NCBI GenBank assembly: GCA_036336885.1
Contig: JAYZFG010000016.1
Span: forward strand, 74,524 to 138,523
Length of the DNA stretch: 64,000 nt
Reading direction: 5' to 3'
Source of the DNA: Pseudomonadota bacterium
Lineage (GTDB): Bacteria; Pseudomonadota; Alphaproteobacteria; MPNO01; UBA2964
The notes under the pieces: generated by a model
Seen by the model: the letters and a program-made list of their open reading frames with translations, nothing else
What the model was told of the DNA's origin: nothing
Database searches by the model: none
Made by a program: the position numbers and the translations under genes
Shown here: positions 17,717 through 26,796 of the stretch, one piece after another
How the letters are laid out: each line of letters opens with the position of its first letter
Numbering within the stretch: position 1 is the first letter of the stretch

Positions 17717-17746
17717 GCAATAGCATCCATGATATTTTGCTATTGC
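17717..17746. repeat. Perfect 9-bp inverted repeat GCAATAGCA-N12-TGCTATTGC in a divergent intergenic region
   Basis: Read directly from the sequence between the CMD-like gene (start 17660) and ORF 17912. Function unknown; it could be an operator or a hairpin. Confidence 0.3.
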
Positions 17747-17911
17747 TTAGACTTCGAAAGACCTGTTGGTCGAAATTTTTATATCGTGAAAGGATAATTG
17801 CCATTTACATCATTTCTTGACTAAGGTGGTTGGGGTACCTGCGATAACATAACTTGAAACCTCTTTAAGAGTTTTCAAGATTTTTACATAAAGGCGGTTT
17901 TGTAGCCAAAC

Positions 17912-18247
17912 ATGCCCTATTTAGAAGATGAGGATATCCGGCGGCTCACCCAACTGCATGATAATGCTGAATTTGAGCTTAATTTGTGTGGTTTGGGTTT
18001 GTCACATTCCATAGCAAATATTAAAAGGATGATTGAGCGTAGCCGTTTTTTGCCGCCTAAGTCCGTAATTATCCGAATTGATAAAGCTACAGAAAATAGC
18101 GGTGAAACCCAATTTCAACCTATTGGGCGTTATTTATTAGAGGCTATCAAAGTCGGGACGGTGACAAAATGTCGTCCCATTTCTGATGCGGGCGGTGGAT
18201 TTTGGATTGCTTTATCAGGCACATCAAATGTTTCAATCGACAAATAA
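17912..18247 (+). CDS. Hypothetical 111-aa protein, possibly a degenerate Smr-like domain
   Basis: ELNLCG......IANIKRMIERSR....SVIIRIDKA........IGRYLLEAIK..........DAGGGFWIAL parallels the Smr pattern LDLHG...HG.G...GG.GA..V.L, but the His residues are replaced. It is followed by a strong hairpin. Confidence 0.4.
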   Translation: MPYLEDEDIRRLTQLHDNAEFELNLCGLGLSHSIANIKRMIERSRFLPPKSVIIRIDKATENSGETQFQPIGRYLLEAIKVGTVTKCRPISDAGGGFWIALSGTSNVSIDK

Positions 18248-18280
18248 AAAAAAGGCCCCTCAAACGAGGGGCCTTAAATT
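18245..18280. terminator. Bidirectional rho-independent terminator
   Basis: AAAAAAAAA AGGCCCCTC aaac GAGGGGCCT TAAATT: a 9-bp GC-rich stem between the convergent ORF 17912-18247 and the tctC-like gene. The U-tract is much better for the minus-strand transcript. Confidence 0.8.
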
Positions 18281-18297
18281 AAGTTGATATAATCAGT

Positions 18298-19329
18298 TTA
18301 AGATTTCTTTTTCTTCGTAAACACACGAGTTTTAATGGCTTTTATCACGTCTGGTGTAGCGGCATCAAAACCAGCTTTGATCAGCTTGTTGATTTGTTTA
18401 GCTGTTACTGGTGAATGCTCTACACGACGTTTCTTGATGTCTTCGATAAAGCTAGGATGATACATCATTTCCGTGAACGATTTTCTTAAAATCTTTACTA
18501 CCTTTTGTGGCGTTCCCGGTGGGACATAAAACGCTTGGCCGACTTTAAGGTTCATGCCGAGCACTTCATACATCTTTGCTTCCATAGTGCCTGGCTTAAG
18601 CAGGTCATCAAGACGTGGCACACCTTTAGCAAATTTGCTCGGTGATTTTGGACCATACATAATTACAGGCTTGACCAAACCTTTCGGCAACCATGTAGGC
18701 CGTACCCCTGTAAAGCCGGACAAGAAGTTATTGCGACCCATAGTCTCACCTTTTTCAACAGAGACGTTCATGCGTCCGCCCCCCTTGTATCCATAGATCA
18801 ACTGCATCTTAGTTCCAAGGACAGCATTGACTAGGCGAGGAAATATCGAACCCGAAGAAGCAAAACCACTCGTCGCAATCGTGGTTGGTCTCGTCTTGAG
18901 TTCTTGCCAATTTTTGACGTTATGAGTGTGCCAAAAGAATACGCCTGCGGCACGGGCTGCAGGAGCACCTAACCAATTGAACTTTCGGGCATCATAACGA
19001 ACTTTCCGAACCATTGGTGTCGTAATAACACCAGGGGCCGCCATCGCAATGAAGCTACCATCTTTAGGGGCAACATTCATCATATAGGCTGCGGATTTAG
19101 CTCCTCCTCCTCCAGGCATATTTTGGATAACTGTTTTTGGGTTACCTGAAATGTAGCGTGCAATATTTCTTTGTACTAGCTGACAATAAACGTGGTAGGT
19201 CCCGCCAGAACCTGAAGGAACCTGAACGGTAATTTGCTTACCAGCAAAATAATCGGCAGCAACAGTAGGCGTAGCCATCAAAGTTAATGCCGCTGTTGCC
19301 GCTAGGGTTAATTTAAAAGTTTTAATCAC
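18298..19329 (-). CDS. Tripartite tricarboxylate transporter substrate-binding protein (TctC/Bug-like), orphan
   Basis: Signal peptide MIKTFKLTLAATAALTLMATPTVAA, then ITVQVPSGSGGTYH....L......G.P..VIQNMPGGGG, which resembles the Bug/TctC N-lobe. No tctA or tctB in the window. Confidence 0.6.
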   Translation of the reverse strand: MIKTFKLTLAATAALTLMATPTVAADYFAGKQITVQVPSGSGGTYHVYCQLVQRNIARYISGNPKTVIQNMPGGGGAKSAAYMMNVAPKDGSFIAMAAPGVITTPMVRKVRYDARKFNWLGAPAARAAGVFFWHTHNVKNWQELKTRPTTIATSGFASSGSIFPRLVNAVLGTKMQLIYGYKGGGRMNVSVEKGETMGRNNFLSGFTGVRPTWLPKGLVKPVIMYGPKSPSKFAKGVPRLDDLLKPGTMEAKMYEVLGMNLKVGQAFYVPPGTPQKVVKILRKSFTEMMYHPSFIEDIKKRRVEHSPVTAKQINKLIKAGFDAATPDVIKAIKTRVFTKKKKS

Positions 19330-19606
19330 TATCAGTTCTCCCTGAATTGGACTGAAATTAAAGTAAAAATTAAAGACGATAGACTTTATCCTCTAAGGTC
19401 TTAATAAAATGCTAGCATCTAATTCATAGAGGGTACAATCGAATATTAACTCTAATTTAAAAAGTTAATTCTTCTTAAATTTTTGAATATCTGAAATTTT
19501 TCTGTTTTTTTTGCTATTAAGCGACTTTGCTTATTTGATATTTCTACTGAATAACCAAATCGTTAAGCTTTCTATCACACTGTTCATTGGTTATTTAAAG
19601 TGGAAT

Positions 19607-20206
19607 TTAAGCGAGGGCATAAGGAATTTGGTTGGGTCCATTGTAGGAGGCAATGGCTCCATTTTCTGTGTTGTAGCGATATTGTTCAAACGTTCCGGAT
19701 CGCTGGCTGCGGACTATGAACCCGATGGTTCGATGATCCCCATTAGCCTCCTGGTGAATTTCCCAGGGGGGAACAATATCGATATATCCCGGAACCACAT
19801 CAAACTCCCCATTTAATTCTAATACCGCCGGGCCTGCTCCCTGTGGGTTATCATCCACTCGACGAAAGCGCTTAATATGTTCACCCCCGTCAAGAACGCC
19901 ATAAAGCGTCCAACTTGGTCCGTGATCATGAATATTGGTTACAGATTTTGGTCCTTTAACGAGGGCGTTTAAGACAAAACCGTAGTCAGGATCTTCGTAA
20001 AAAAGCAGATTAGAGGGTGGTCCGTCTCCTGTTTTGGTCTCTGGCCAGCTTTTAGATTGTTGAATTAGACTTTCTTCAGCCAACAACTCTTTCAAATCCT
20101 TTGCTACGACAGGCCATAGTGTCTCTTCGTCCATCCCGCTTGAAAAATAGGAGCGAACGGTATCAACAAAACTTTGAAGGGAGCCGGGGAGAAACTCTTG
20201 GATCAT
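19607..20206 (-). CDS. Cupin-fold protein, cysteine dioxygenase type I-like
   Basis: NIHDHGPSWTLYGVLDGGE and a later PPWEIHQ resemble bacterial CDO-like cupin metal motifs. Start taken at ATG 20206; the ORF-track TTG at 20233 has no RBS. Confidence 0.5.
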   Translation of the reverse strand: MIQEFLPGSLQSFVDTVRSYFSSGMDEETLWPVVAKDLKELLAEESLIQQSKSWPETKTGDGPPSNLLFYEDPDYGFVLNALVKGPKSVTNIHDHGPSWTLYGVLDGGEHIKRFRRVDDNPQGAGPAVLELNGEFDVVPGYIDIVPPWEIHQEANGDHRTIGFIVRSQRSGTFEQYRYNTENGAIASYNGPNQIPYALA

Positions 20207-20544
20207 GAATTTTTCTTGCTTAAATTTATTCAACTACTGTTATGTAGCAGTGTCCGTGATCAATCAACTAAGGCACATCTAACCACTAACCACCTTATTT
20301 CTTAAAATACTTTGGGGTTAGAATCTTTCGATTTTAAGACTAAACTTAATTTATTTATATACTTATTTTTGATCTTTTCATATGTTTTTTTCGGCAATTA
20401 GTTATGTATTTTGTGTACTTGCATTTCTTTAATAAGCCACGTAAATACAAGTTCCGCGAAGGACACTTCATTAGGTGAAGTGCTCACATTACCAAAAGAG
20501 TTTTAGCGGGATTTGACGTTTAAAGGATCTATTAGGAGATAGAA

Positions 20545-22134
20545 ATGGCCACTGCCAGAGAAGAGCTTGAACCAGCACCTATAACTGACTCACTTCGTGA
20601 TTTGCGCAGCACTATAGATTTTTTGAAGCAGGAAGGCGACATCATAGAAACCGATACGGAGGTTGACCCTGATTTGGAAATAACCGGTGTTCAAAAACAC
20701 CTCGATGGCAGTTGCCCGTTACTATTTAACAACGTCAAAGGGAAACCCAATCATCGTGCGGTGACAAATCTTTTCGCTGATCATGGTGTCATGTGTAAGT
20801 TATTCGGCGTCAAAGATATGCGAGAAATGACACTTGCGATTGCCAACGCTATTCGCAATCCCCTGCCGCCCGTTGTCGTTGATTCAAAAGATGCACCAAG
20901 CCATGAAGAAGTGGTTATGAATCCAACTGAAGTTAATGAGTATATGATGCCTATCAGGCACACGACGTATGAATCAGAGCTTACGGTAGGTTCGGGCCAA
21001 CGTCTTTTTGCCGGAGAGTACTTCGAAGGCGGCACCGACATGGCTTATAACCGGATGAATTTCAGATGGGGAAATGTCGGTACGTTTCAAATTTCACCAG
21101 GCTCACATGGTTGGCAGGTTATGGCCAAGCATTATCGCGATGAGGCACCCATCCCTCTTACAATGAATTTTGGCATACCCTATGGCCCAAATCTTTTGGC
21201 AGGAGCAGGGTTCGACTATGTAATTTTGCCTACAGGGTGTGATGAATTGGGCGTGGCTGGTCGTTTGATTGGTGAACCCGTTCGAATGGTGGAGGCAAAA
21301 ACAATACCGGGAGCATATGCATTGGCAGATGCTGAAATTACTCTCGAAGGCTATTTGCATCCGCGGGATCGACGATATGAGACAGCCGAGTCAGAAGAAG
21401 CTGGAGTTCAGGGACGATTTCATTTTCACCCAGAATGGGCTGGCTATATGGGTAAGGCCTATAAAGCACCTACCTTTCATGTAACTGCGGTTACAATGCG
21501 AGCAAAGGAATCTAAACCAATCATTTTTCCTTTAGGCGTCCATACGATGGATTGTCAAAATATAGATACGACAGTCCGTGAGGCCGCTATGTATGAGCTT
21601 TGTGAACGCATGCAGCCGGGAATAATCCAGGATTGTAATATTCCATACCCGATGACGGATTGGGGTGGTGCCATTATTCAAGTGAAAAAACGTAGCCAGA
21701 TAGATGAGGGGTGGCAACGTAATTTCCTTTCAGCTATCTTGAGTTGTTCACAAGGGTCGCGCTTGGTAATCGCGATGTCGGAAGATACTGATATTTATGA
21801 TATGGATGACGTGATCTGGAATTTGACAACACGCGTTAACCCGCAGACAGATATTCTTAATCCGATACCGGGAGGTCGTGGCCAAACCTTTATGCCGGCT
21901 GAGCGTATGACAGCTGGTGAGCGTGAATGGACGGCGTCAAACACCCAATTTGAAGGTGGTATGGGTATTGATGCAACCGTTCCCTATGGTTACGAGAGTG
22001 ATTTTCTTCGCCCCGTTTACCCGGTAGATCAAGTTTTTCCAGATAAGTTTTTCTCCGATGAACAAATTGAGCATGCAAAATCCTATATGACCAACAAGGG
22101 GTGGGTGCATTCGCTCGCGCGCACTGGGAGATAG
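20545..22134 (+). CDS. UbiD-family (prFMN-dependent) decarboxylase
   Basis: 529 aa with UbiD-like organisation. The N-terminal SLRDLRSTIDFLKQEGDIIE..TEVDPDLEITGV matches the family's LRDFL..LE..GEL..I...VDP.LEI pattern. AGGAGA Shine-Dalgarno. Confidence 0.8.
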   Translation: MATAREELEPAPITDSLRDLRSTIDFLKQEGDIIETDTEVDPDLEITGVQKHLDGSCPLLFNNVKGKPNHRAVTNLFADHGVMCKLFGVKDMREMTLAIANAIRNPLPPVVVDSKDAPSHEEVVMNPTEVNEYMMPIRHTTYESELTVGSGQRLFAGEYFEGGTDMAYNRMNFRWGNVGTFQISPGSHGWQVMAKHYRDEAPIPLTMNFGIPYGPNLLAGAGFDYVILPTGCDELGVAGRLIGEPVRMVEAKTIPGAYALADAEITLEGYLHPRDRRYETAESEEAGVQGRFHFHPEWAGYMGKAYKAPTFHVTAVTMRAKESKPIIFPLGVHTMDCQNIDTTVREAAMYELCERMQPGIIQDCNIPYPMTDWGGAIIQVKKRSQIDEGWQRNFLSAILSCSQGSRLVIAMSEDTDIYDMDDVIWNLTTRVNPQTDILNPIPGGRGQTFMPAERMTAGEREWTASNTQFEGGMGIDATVPYGYESDFLRPVYPVDQVFPDKFFSDEQIEHAKSYMTNKGWVHSLARTGR

Positions 22135-22155
22135 AGTACCGAGAGTTGTAAGATT

Positions 22156-22183
22156 AGAGCGGCTCATTGAGCCGCTCTTTTTG
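22156..22183 (+). terminator. Rho-independent terminator after the UbiD-family gene
   Basis: AGAGCGGCTC att GAGCCGCTCT TTTTGATT: a 10-bp perfect stem plus a T-tract. Confidence 0.85.
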
Positions 22184-22282
22184 ATTGTGTATTATCAGTT
22201 GGAAAGCTTCCTTAAACTCGGCTGAAGATCACTATTTCAGTTGGCTAAATTTGTTGATGAAATAATTAACGTAAGGTCCAAA

Positions 22283-23293
22283 ATGTACTTAAAAAATGCC
22301 TGGTATGTCGCGGGTTGGGATCACCATCTTAATAATGGACTTCTGCCCCGGACAATTTGTGATGAGCCAATCGTATTTTTCAGGGGCGAAAATGGCGAAG
22401 TGGGGGCTCTTGAAGATCGTTGTTGTCATCGAAGTGCGCCACTATCGGTTGGAAGGCTCAAGGGTAACGAAGTGGAATGTGGTTATCACGGGCTTCGTTT
22501 CGATAAAACTGGTCAATGTATCTCAATCCCAACTCAAGAATTGGTACCTCCTGGAGCCTCCGTAAGGTCTTACCCTGTTTTAGTTAAGAATCGCTGGATC
22601 TGGATATGGATGGGTGATGCTAGTCAAGCTGACGAGAGTTTGATTCCAGACTACTTTTTTCTGGATAGTAATGAATGGGCTAATATAGATGATTACTTCT
22701 ATGTAGAATGTAACTATCAGGCCTATATCGATATCCAGTTGGACCAAACCCACTCCCCTTATGTTCATCCTGACACGCTAGGCAACTCTGCTAAATTACG
22801 TGTTAAACCAACTGTTACCCGCGAAGATAATGTTTTAAAATGTGAGCGCTTATTTCCTAATGATGATCCTCCCCCCTTATGGGCGAAGGCGGCAAATATT
22901 AGGGGTAAAGGCGATAGCTGGAACCGTTGGATTTATACTCCGCCGGCAACCATTATGTTTGATGTGGGGGCAGCACAGGCGGGTACTGGTGCGCTCGAGG
23001 GCAATCGGGAATTTGGTATAACCGTTCATAATGCTCATGCCATTACTCCGGAGACACCTACGACAACTCATCATTTTTGGTCAAATGCACGTGATTTTGG
23101 ACTTGATGATTTGGCAATACAGAAAGATCTGAGCATTATTCGCAAAGTGTTCCAAGAGGATGTGGCAATCTGTGAGGCTCAACAACGCAGGATAGACCAG
23201 TTTCCCGAGGCCCATCAAATTGACGTTGCGATGGACCATCCTACTATTCAGGCGAGAAATTTACTTTCCAAACTTATGCAAAAAGAAAATTAA
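22283..23293 (+). CDS. Rieske [2Fe-2S] aromatic oxygenase, vanillate O-demethylase oxygenase (VanA)-like
   Basis: MYLKNAWYVAGW start typical of the VanA family. Rieske motif CCHRSAPLS...CGYHGLRF, and a mononuclear-iron region with ..H..YVHP. No reductase partner is adjacent. Confidence 0.8.
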   Translation: MYLKNAWYVAGWDHHLNNGLLPRTICDEPIVFFRGENGEVGALEDRCCHRSAPLSVGRLKGNEVECGYHGLRFDKTGQCISIPTQELVPPGASVRSYPVLVKNRWIWIWMGDASQADESLIPDYFFLDSNEWANIDDYFYVECNYQAYIDIQLDQTHSPYVHPDTLGNSAKLRVKPTVTREDNVLKCERLFPNDDPPPLWAKAANIRGKGDSWNRWIYTPPATIMFDVGAAQAGTGALEGNREFGITVHNAHAITPETPTTTHHFWSNARDFGLDDLAIQKDLSIIRKVFQEDVAICEAQQRRIDQFPEAHQIDVAMDHPTIQARNLLSKLMQKEN

Positions 23294-23313
23294 TTTTTAT
23301 AATGAACGGGCTT

Positions 23314-24870
23314 TCACTTTGCTTTTAAGTTATCTCTTTCCCAAAACTTAGCGAGAGCTTTCCGATCCAGTTTGCCCCGTTCATTTTTCGGTAATTGGTC
23401 AACAAAAATTACCTCTTTAGGTGTTTTAAAGAGTGCCAAAGATTTGCGGCAATGAGAAATAACCGTCTCCGCTTTAAGTTCGGTATCCTTTTGAGCCACG
23501 ACATAGCATATTACTTCTTCACCATAAATTTGGTTTGGAATGCCGCAAGCTGCCGCATCTACGATACCTGGGTGCTGCGACAAGATGTTGTCAATCTCGA
23601 CAGGAGAAATATTGACACCACCCCGAATTATTAAATCCTTGAGACGTCCAACTACCGTCAAGTGGCCATCTCCATCAATTTGTCCAAGGTCACCAGTTCG
23701 ATGCTCTTTTGGTAGTTTTTCTACTCTTCCATCTGGGTGCAAATAACCCCAACTTTTTTGTAGACCAGATACAACTATTTCGCCGGGCTCACCCCGCGGA
23801 ACCTCATCGTCGGTCTCGTTGAGAAGCCGAATGTTTTGATATTTAAGTGGAAATCCGATAGTGCCAATTTTTCGATCTGTACCCACGTGGCTGCACATTA
23901 GCCCCCCCTCAGAGCAACCGGCAGACTGGCTGATTGTTATTCCGTAACGTTTTTCAAATTGGATCCAATTTTCGGGAAGCATCGGTGCTGAAGAGGTCAT
24001 AATAAAGCGCAGGTGAGGAATTTCTCTCCCATGAACTTCAACTGGTTCGTTGAGAAACATATTTAAGATTGTTGGTACAGAAACTCCCATCGTAGCCTTA
24101 TATTTTTTAATCCAGTCAAAATAGCGACTACGTGAAAATTTTTTCGCCATGTAAACTGTAGCACCGCGTGCTAACGGTCCTCCAAGGCTCATGTTCTGTG
24201 ATGATAGCCACGTATAGGAACGGCAATCCACGATCCGGCCATTCTGGTCCAATTGAACGCATTCCGCTGTCGCATCGTAGTTGGGCCAGACAGCTGAATG
24301 TGCCTGCATTACTCCCTTGGGCTTGGCCTCTGTCCCGGAGGTATAAAAAATGACAGCGATGTCGTCGGCTGAGCAAACTTCGTCTAGGTCTTTGTCATCA
24401 GGATAATTTGAAATTTTTTGGAAAAAGCCAGATGAGGTGGCCTCTTGATGCCATTCACCGAGCGACATCCATTCTGTAGACATATTAGGATCTTGCAATT
24501 CTTCTAGGCCAAGTCCATCTTGCGCCAATACCAGACTTGGTTTTACCGCATGTAAAATTTCACTGATGTGGGATCTGTTCATCTCTACATTGGCTGTGGC
24601 GATTGTACCACCACACCGTTGAACCCCAAGAAAAACGGCAATAAATTCTATAGAATTTTCTGCTAGTAAAAGTATACGGTCGTTAGCCTTAAGGCCCCGC
24701 TCGGCAAAAAATTGAGCCATGCTGTTGCCAAGCCTAAAAAGCGCTTCAAAGCTCAGAGTTTTATCTGCCTGGTCAATTGACACCATGTACGGTTTATTGC
24801 CGTATTTTTCTGACTGTTCAGCAATTAAGGTTCTAACAGATTTGTATTCTGTTGATTGGGTACTCTTCAT
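23314..24870 (-). CDS. Class I adenylate-forming acyl-CoA synthetase
   Basis: AMP-binding motifs FYTSGTEAKPKGVMQAHS, GEIVVSG, TGDLG..DGDGHL.VVGRLKDLIIRGG.NI.P.EI. Confidence 0.85.
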   Translation of the reverse strand: MKSTQSTEYKSVRTLIAEQSEKYGNKPYMVSIDQADKTLSFEALFRLGNSMAQFFAERGLKANDRILLLAENSIEFIAVFLGVQRCGGTIATANVEMNRSHISEILHAVKPSLVLAQDGLGLEELQDPNMSTEWMSLGEWHQEATSSGFFQKISNYPDDKDLDEVCSADDIAVIFYTSGTEAKPKGVMQAHSAVWPNYDATAECVQLDQNGRIVDCRSYTWLSSQNMSLGGPLARGATVYMAKKFSRSRYFDWIKKYKATMGVSVPTILNMFLNEPVEVHGREIPHLRFIMTSSAPMLPENWIQFEKRYGITISQSAGCSEGGLMCSHVGTDRKIGTIGFPLKYQNIRLLNETDDEVPRGEPGEIVVSGLQKSWGYLHPDGRVEKLPKEHRTGDLGQIDGDGHLTVVGRLKDLIIRGGVNISPVEIDNILSQHPGIVDAAACGIPNQIYGEEVICYVVAQKDTELKAETVISHCRKSLALFKTPKEVIFVDQLPKNERGKLDRKALAKFWERDNLKAK

Positions 24871-24928
24871 AAGAGTATTTTATCACGGTAGCAGGCAGGG
24901 GCACAAACAAACGCTGAATTCTTAAAAT

Positions 24929-26518
24929 TTATTTTGTGCCGAATTCTTCCTGCCATTCCTTTTGAAGCAACAAACGGTTCATCTTACCCCGCTCAGTTTT
25001 GGGTAATTTAGGGCGTATAATAACCTGTTTGGGCGCCCTAAATTTAGGCAATCTTTCCGCACAGTGTTCCAAAACGTCTTCAGGAGTGAGTTTGCTCTTT
25101 GGCTTCGGGGCGACATAGCAAACAACCTCTTCACCATAAATTTGATCTGGAACACCAATGGTCGCTGCTTCGCCGAGCGACGGCATTTGTAATAGTATGT
25201 TGTCGACCTCTGCTGGAGAAATATTAACACCTCCACGGATTATTAGGTCTTTAGCTCTGCCGGTGACGATGACGCAACCGTCGTCGTCTATTATGCCGAG
25301 ATCACCTGTGCGAAGTCTGTTATGTGCGTGTATTTTTTCCTCACCGAATTCGTCAAGATAACGATACTGGTTAATTTCAAAGCCACCTAATTCGATTTCG
25401 CCCACCTCACCATCGGCGACTATCCCACCATCCGAATTGATGACAGTAAGTTTGTGATATTCTAACGGCTTGCCAACTGTGCCAAACTTACGGCTGTTCT
25501 CGTCAGAAACGGCTATCCAACCAATCTCACTACACCCGTATCCTTGGGCGACAGGAATACCGTAATGTTCTTCAAACTGCTTCCATGTTTCTGGCATCAG
25601 CGGTGCTGAAGAGGATGTCATAAAACGGAGGTGGGGAATGTCATTATGATGGACAGCTATTGGTCGATTTAAAAGCATTGCAAGCCCGGTCGGGTTACAT
25701 ACACCGATAGTCACCTTGTATTTTCTGATCCAGTCAAAATATCGACTCTGCGAAAACCTTTTAGCCAGGATGATGGTGGCACCCTTGGATAATGGTGCTA
25801 AACCACTAAGAACTTGGGCTGATATCCAATTAAATGCTCTAAATTCAAGGATCCGATCATCCTTAGTTAATCCCAGCCCCTCAGCAGTAGGAGCGGTATT
25901 TGTAATTAATTCACGAAAAGTCACGATGCAGCCCTTAGGAGCAGAAGCGGTGCCAGAGGTATAATAAATAGAGGCATCATCTTCCCAACGACTAATCGGT
26001 TCTAATGTTTGAGCGGGGTATTTTTCTAATTCTTCGTAAAAACCACCCTTGCTTCCATTTGAGTTCCAGTCGCCAAGCGTGAACCACTCCCCCTGTGTGC
26101 CGGTTTTCAAAATATCTGAGTCAACCCGTGTTTCGCATTCGTCAAAAAGTATTAGTTTAGGATCTAGCGCCTTTAAAATTTTTTCAAAATAAATGGCATT
26201 CATTTCAACATGAATGGTACAAACCGTTGCCCCATAAGCCATGCCCCCAATGTAAATGCAAAGATGCTGTATGGAGTTGTTTGATAGCATCGCTATCCGG
26301 TCATTGGGCCCGAAATTTCTTGAATAAAGAAAATTTGCTATGCGGTCGCAGACCGTTTTGAACTGACTAAATGTAATCGCTTTGTTTTGGTCTACACTCT
26401 GGATAAATACCTTATTGGGATTATCCTGAGCGTTTTTGGCAATCCAGTCACGAAGAGTTGTTTCTGGTGACCCTCTATCATTTTTGAGATTCTTGGTGCT
26501 GCCAGTATTAGTATTCAT
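24929..26518 (-). CDS. Class I adenylate-forming acyl-CoA synthetase (tandem paralogue)
   Basis: YYTSGTASAPKGCIVT, TGDLGIIDDDGCVIVTGRAKDLIIRGGVNISPAEV. Colinear with the neighbouring ligase. Confidence 0.85.
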   Translation of the reverse strand: MNTNTGSTKNLKNDRGSPETTLRDWIAKNAQDNPNKVFIQSVDQNKAITFSQFKTVCDRIANFLYSRNFGPNDRIAMLSNNSIQHLCIYIGGMAYGATVCTIHVEMNAIYFEKILKALDPKLILFDECETRVDSDILKTGTQGEWFTLGDWNSNGSKGGFYEELEKYPAQTLEPISRWEDDASIYYTSGTASAPKGCIVTFRELITNTAPTAEGLGLTKDDRILEFRAFNWISAQVLSGLAPLSKGATIILAKRFSQSRYFDWIRKYKVTIGVCNPTGLAMLLNRPIAVHHNDIPHLRFMTSSSAPLMPETWKQFEEHYGIPVAQGYGCSEIGWIAVSDENSRKFGTVGKPLEYHKLTVINSDGGIVADGEVGEIELGGFEINQYRYLDEFGEEKIHAHNRLRTGDLGIIDDDGCVIVTGRAKDLIIRGGVNISPAEVDNILLQMPSLGEAATIGVPDQIYGEEVVCYVAPKPKSKLTPEDVLEHCAERLPKFRAPKQVIIRPKLPKTERGKMNRLLLQKEWQEEFGTK

Positions 26519-26796
26519 TTTTCTTTTTGGTTCATGAACTGATAAACTTTGTCATGAAACAAATAATATAAGTTATTATTTGCACCCATTAGCTACCGTC
26601 GTTGACGGCGCCAAACCTGTTAATATATACATACGTGACTAGTCAACAATTAGCAATCGAAGTTTTAATCTCTCGGAAAACTGGGCCGAAACACTATATA
26701 ATAAAGAGTGAATGCTTAACTTTTAAAAATCCCTGTGAGGAATTTAAAGGGGCTGGTGACGGTATTGATTAAGCCTATGGGTTTAGCAAAGGAATA

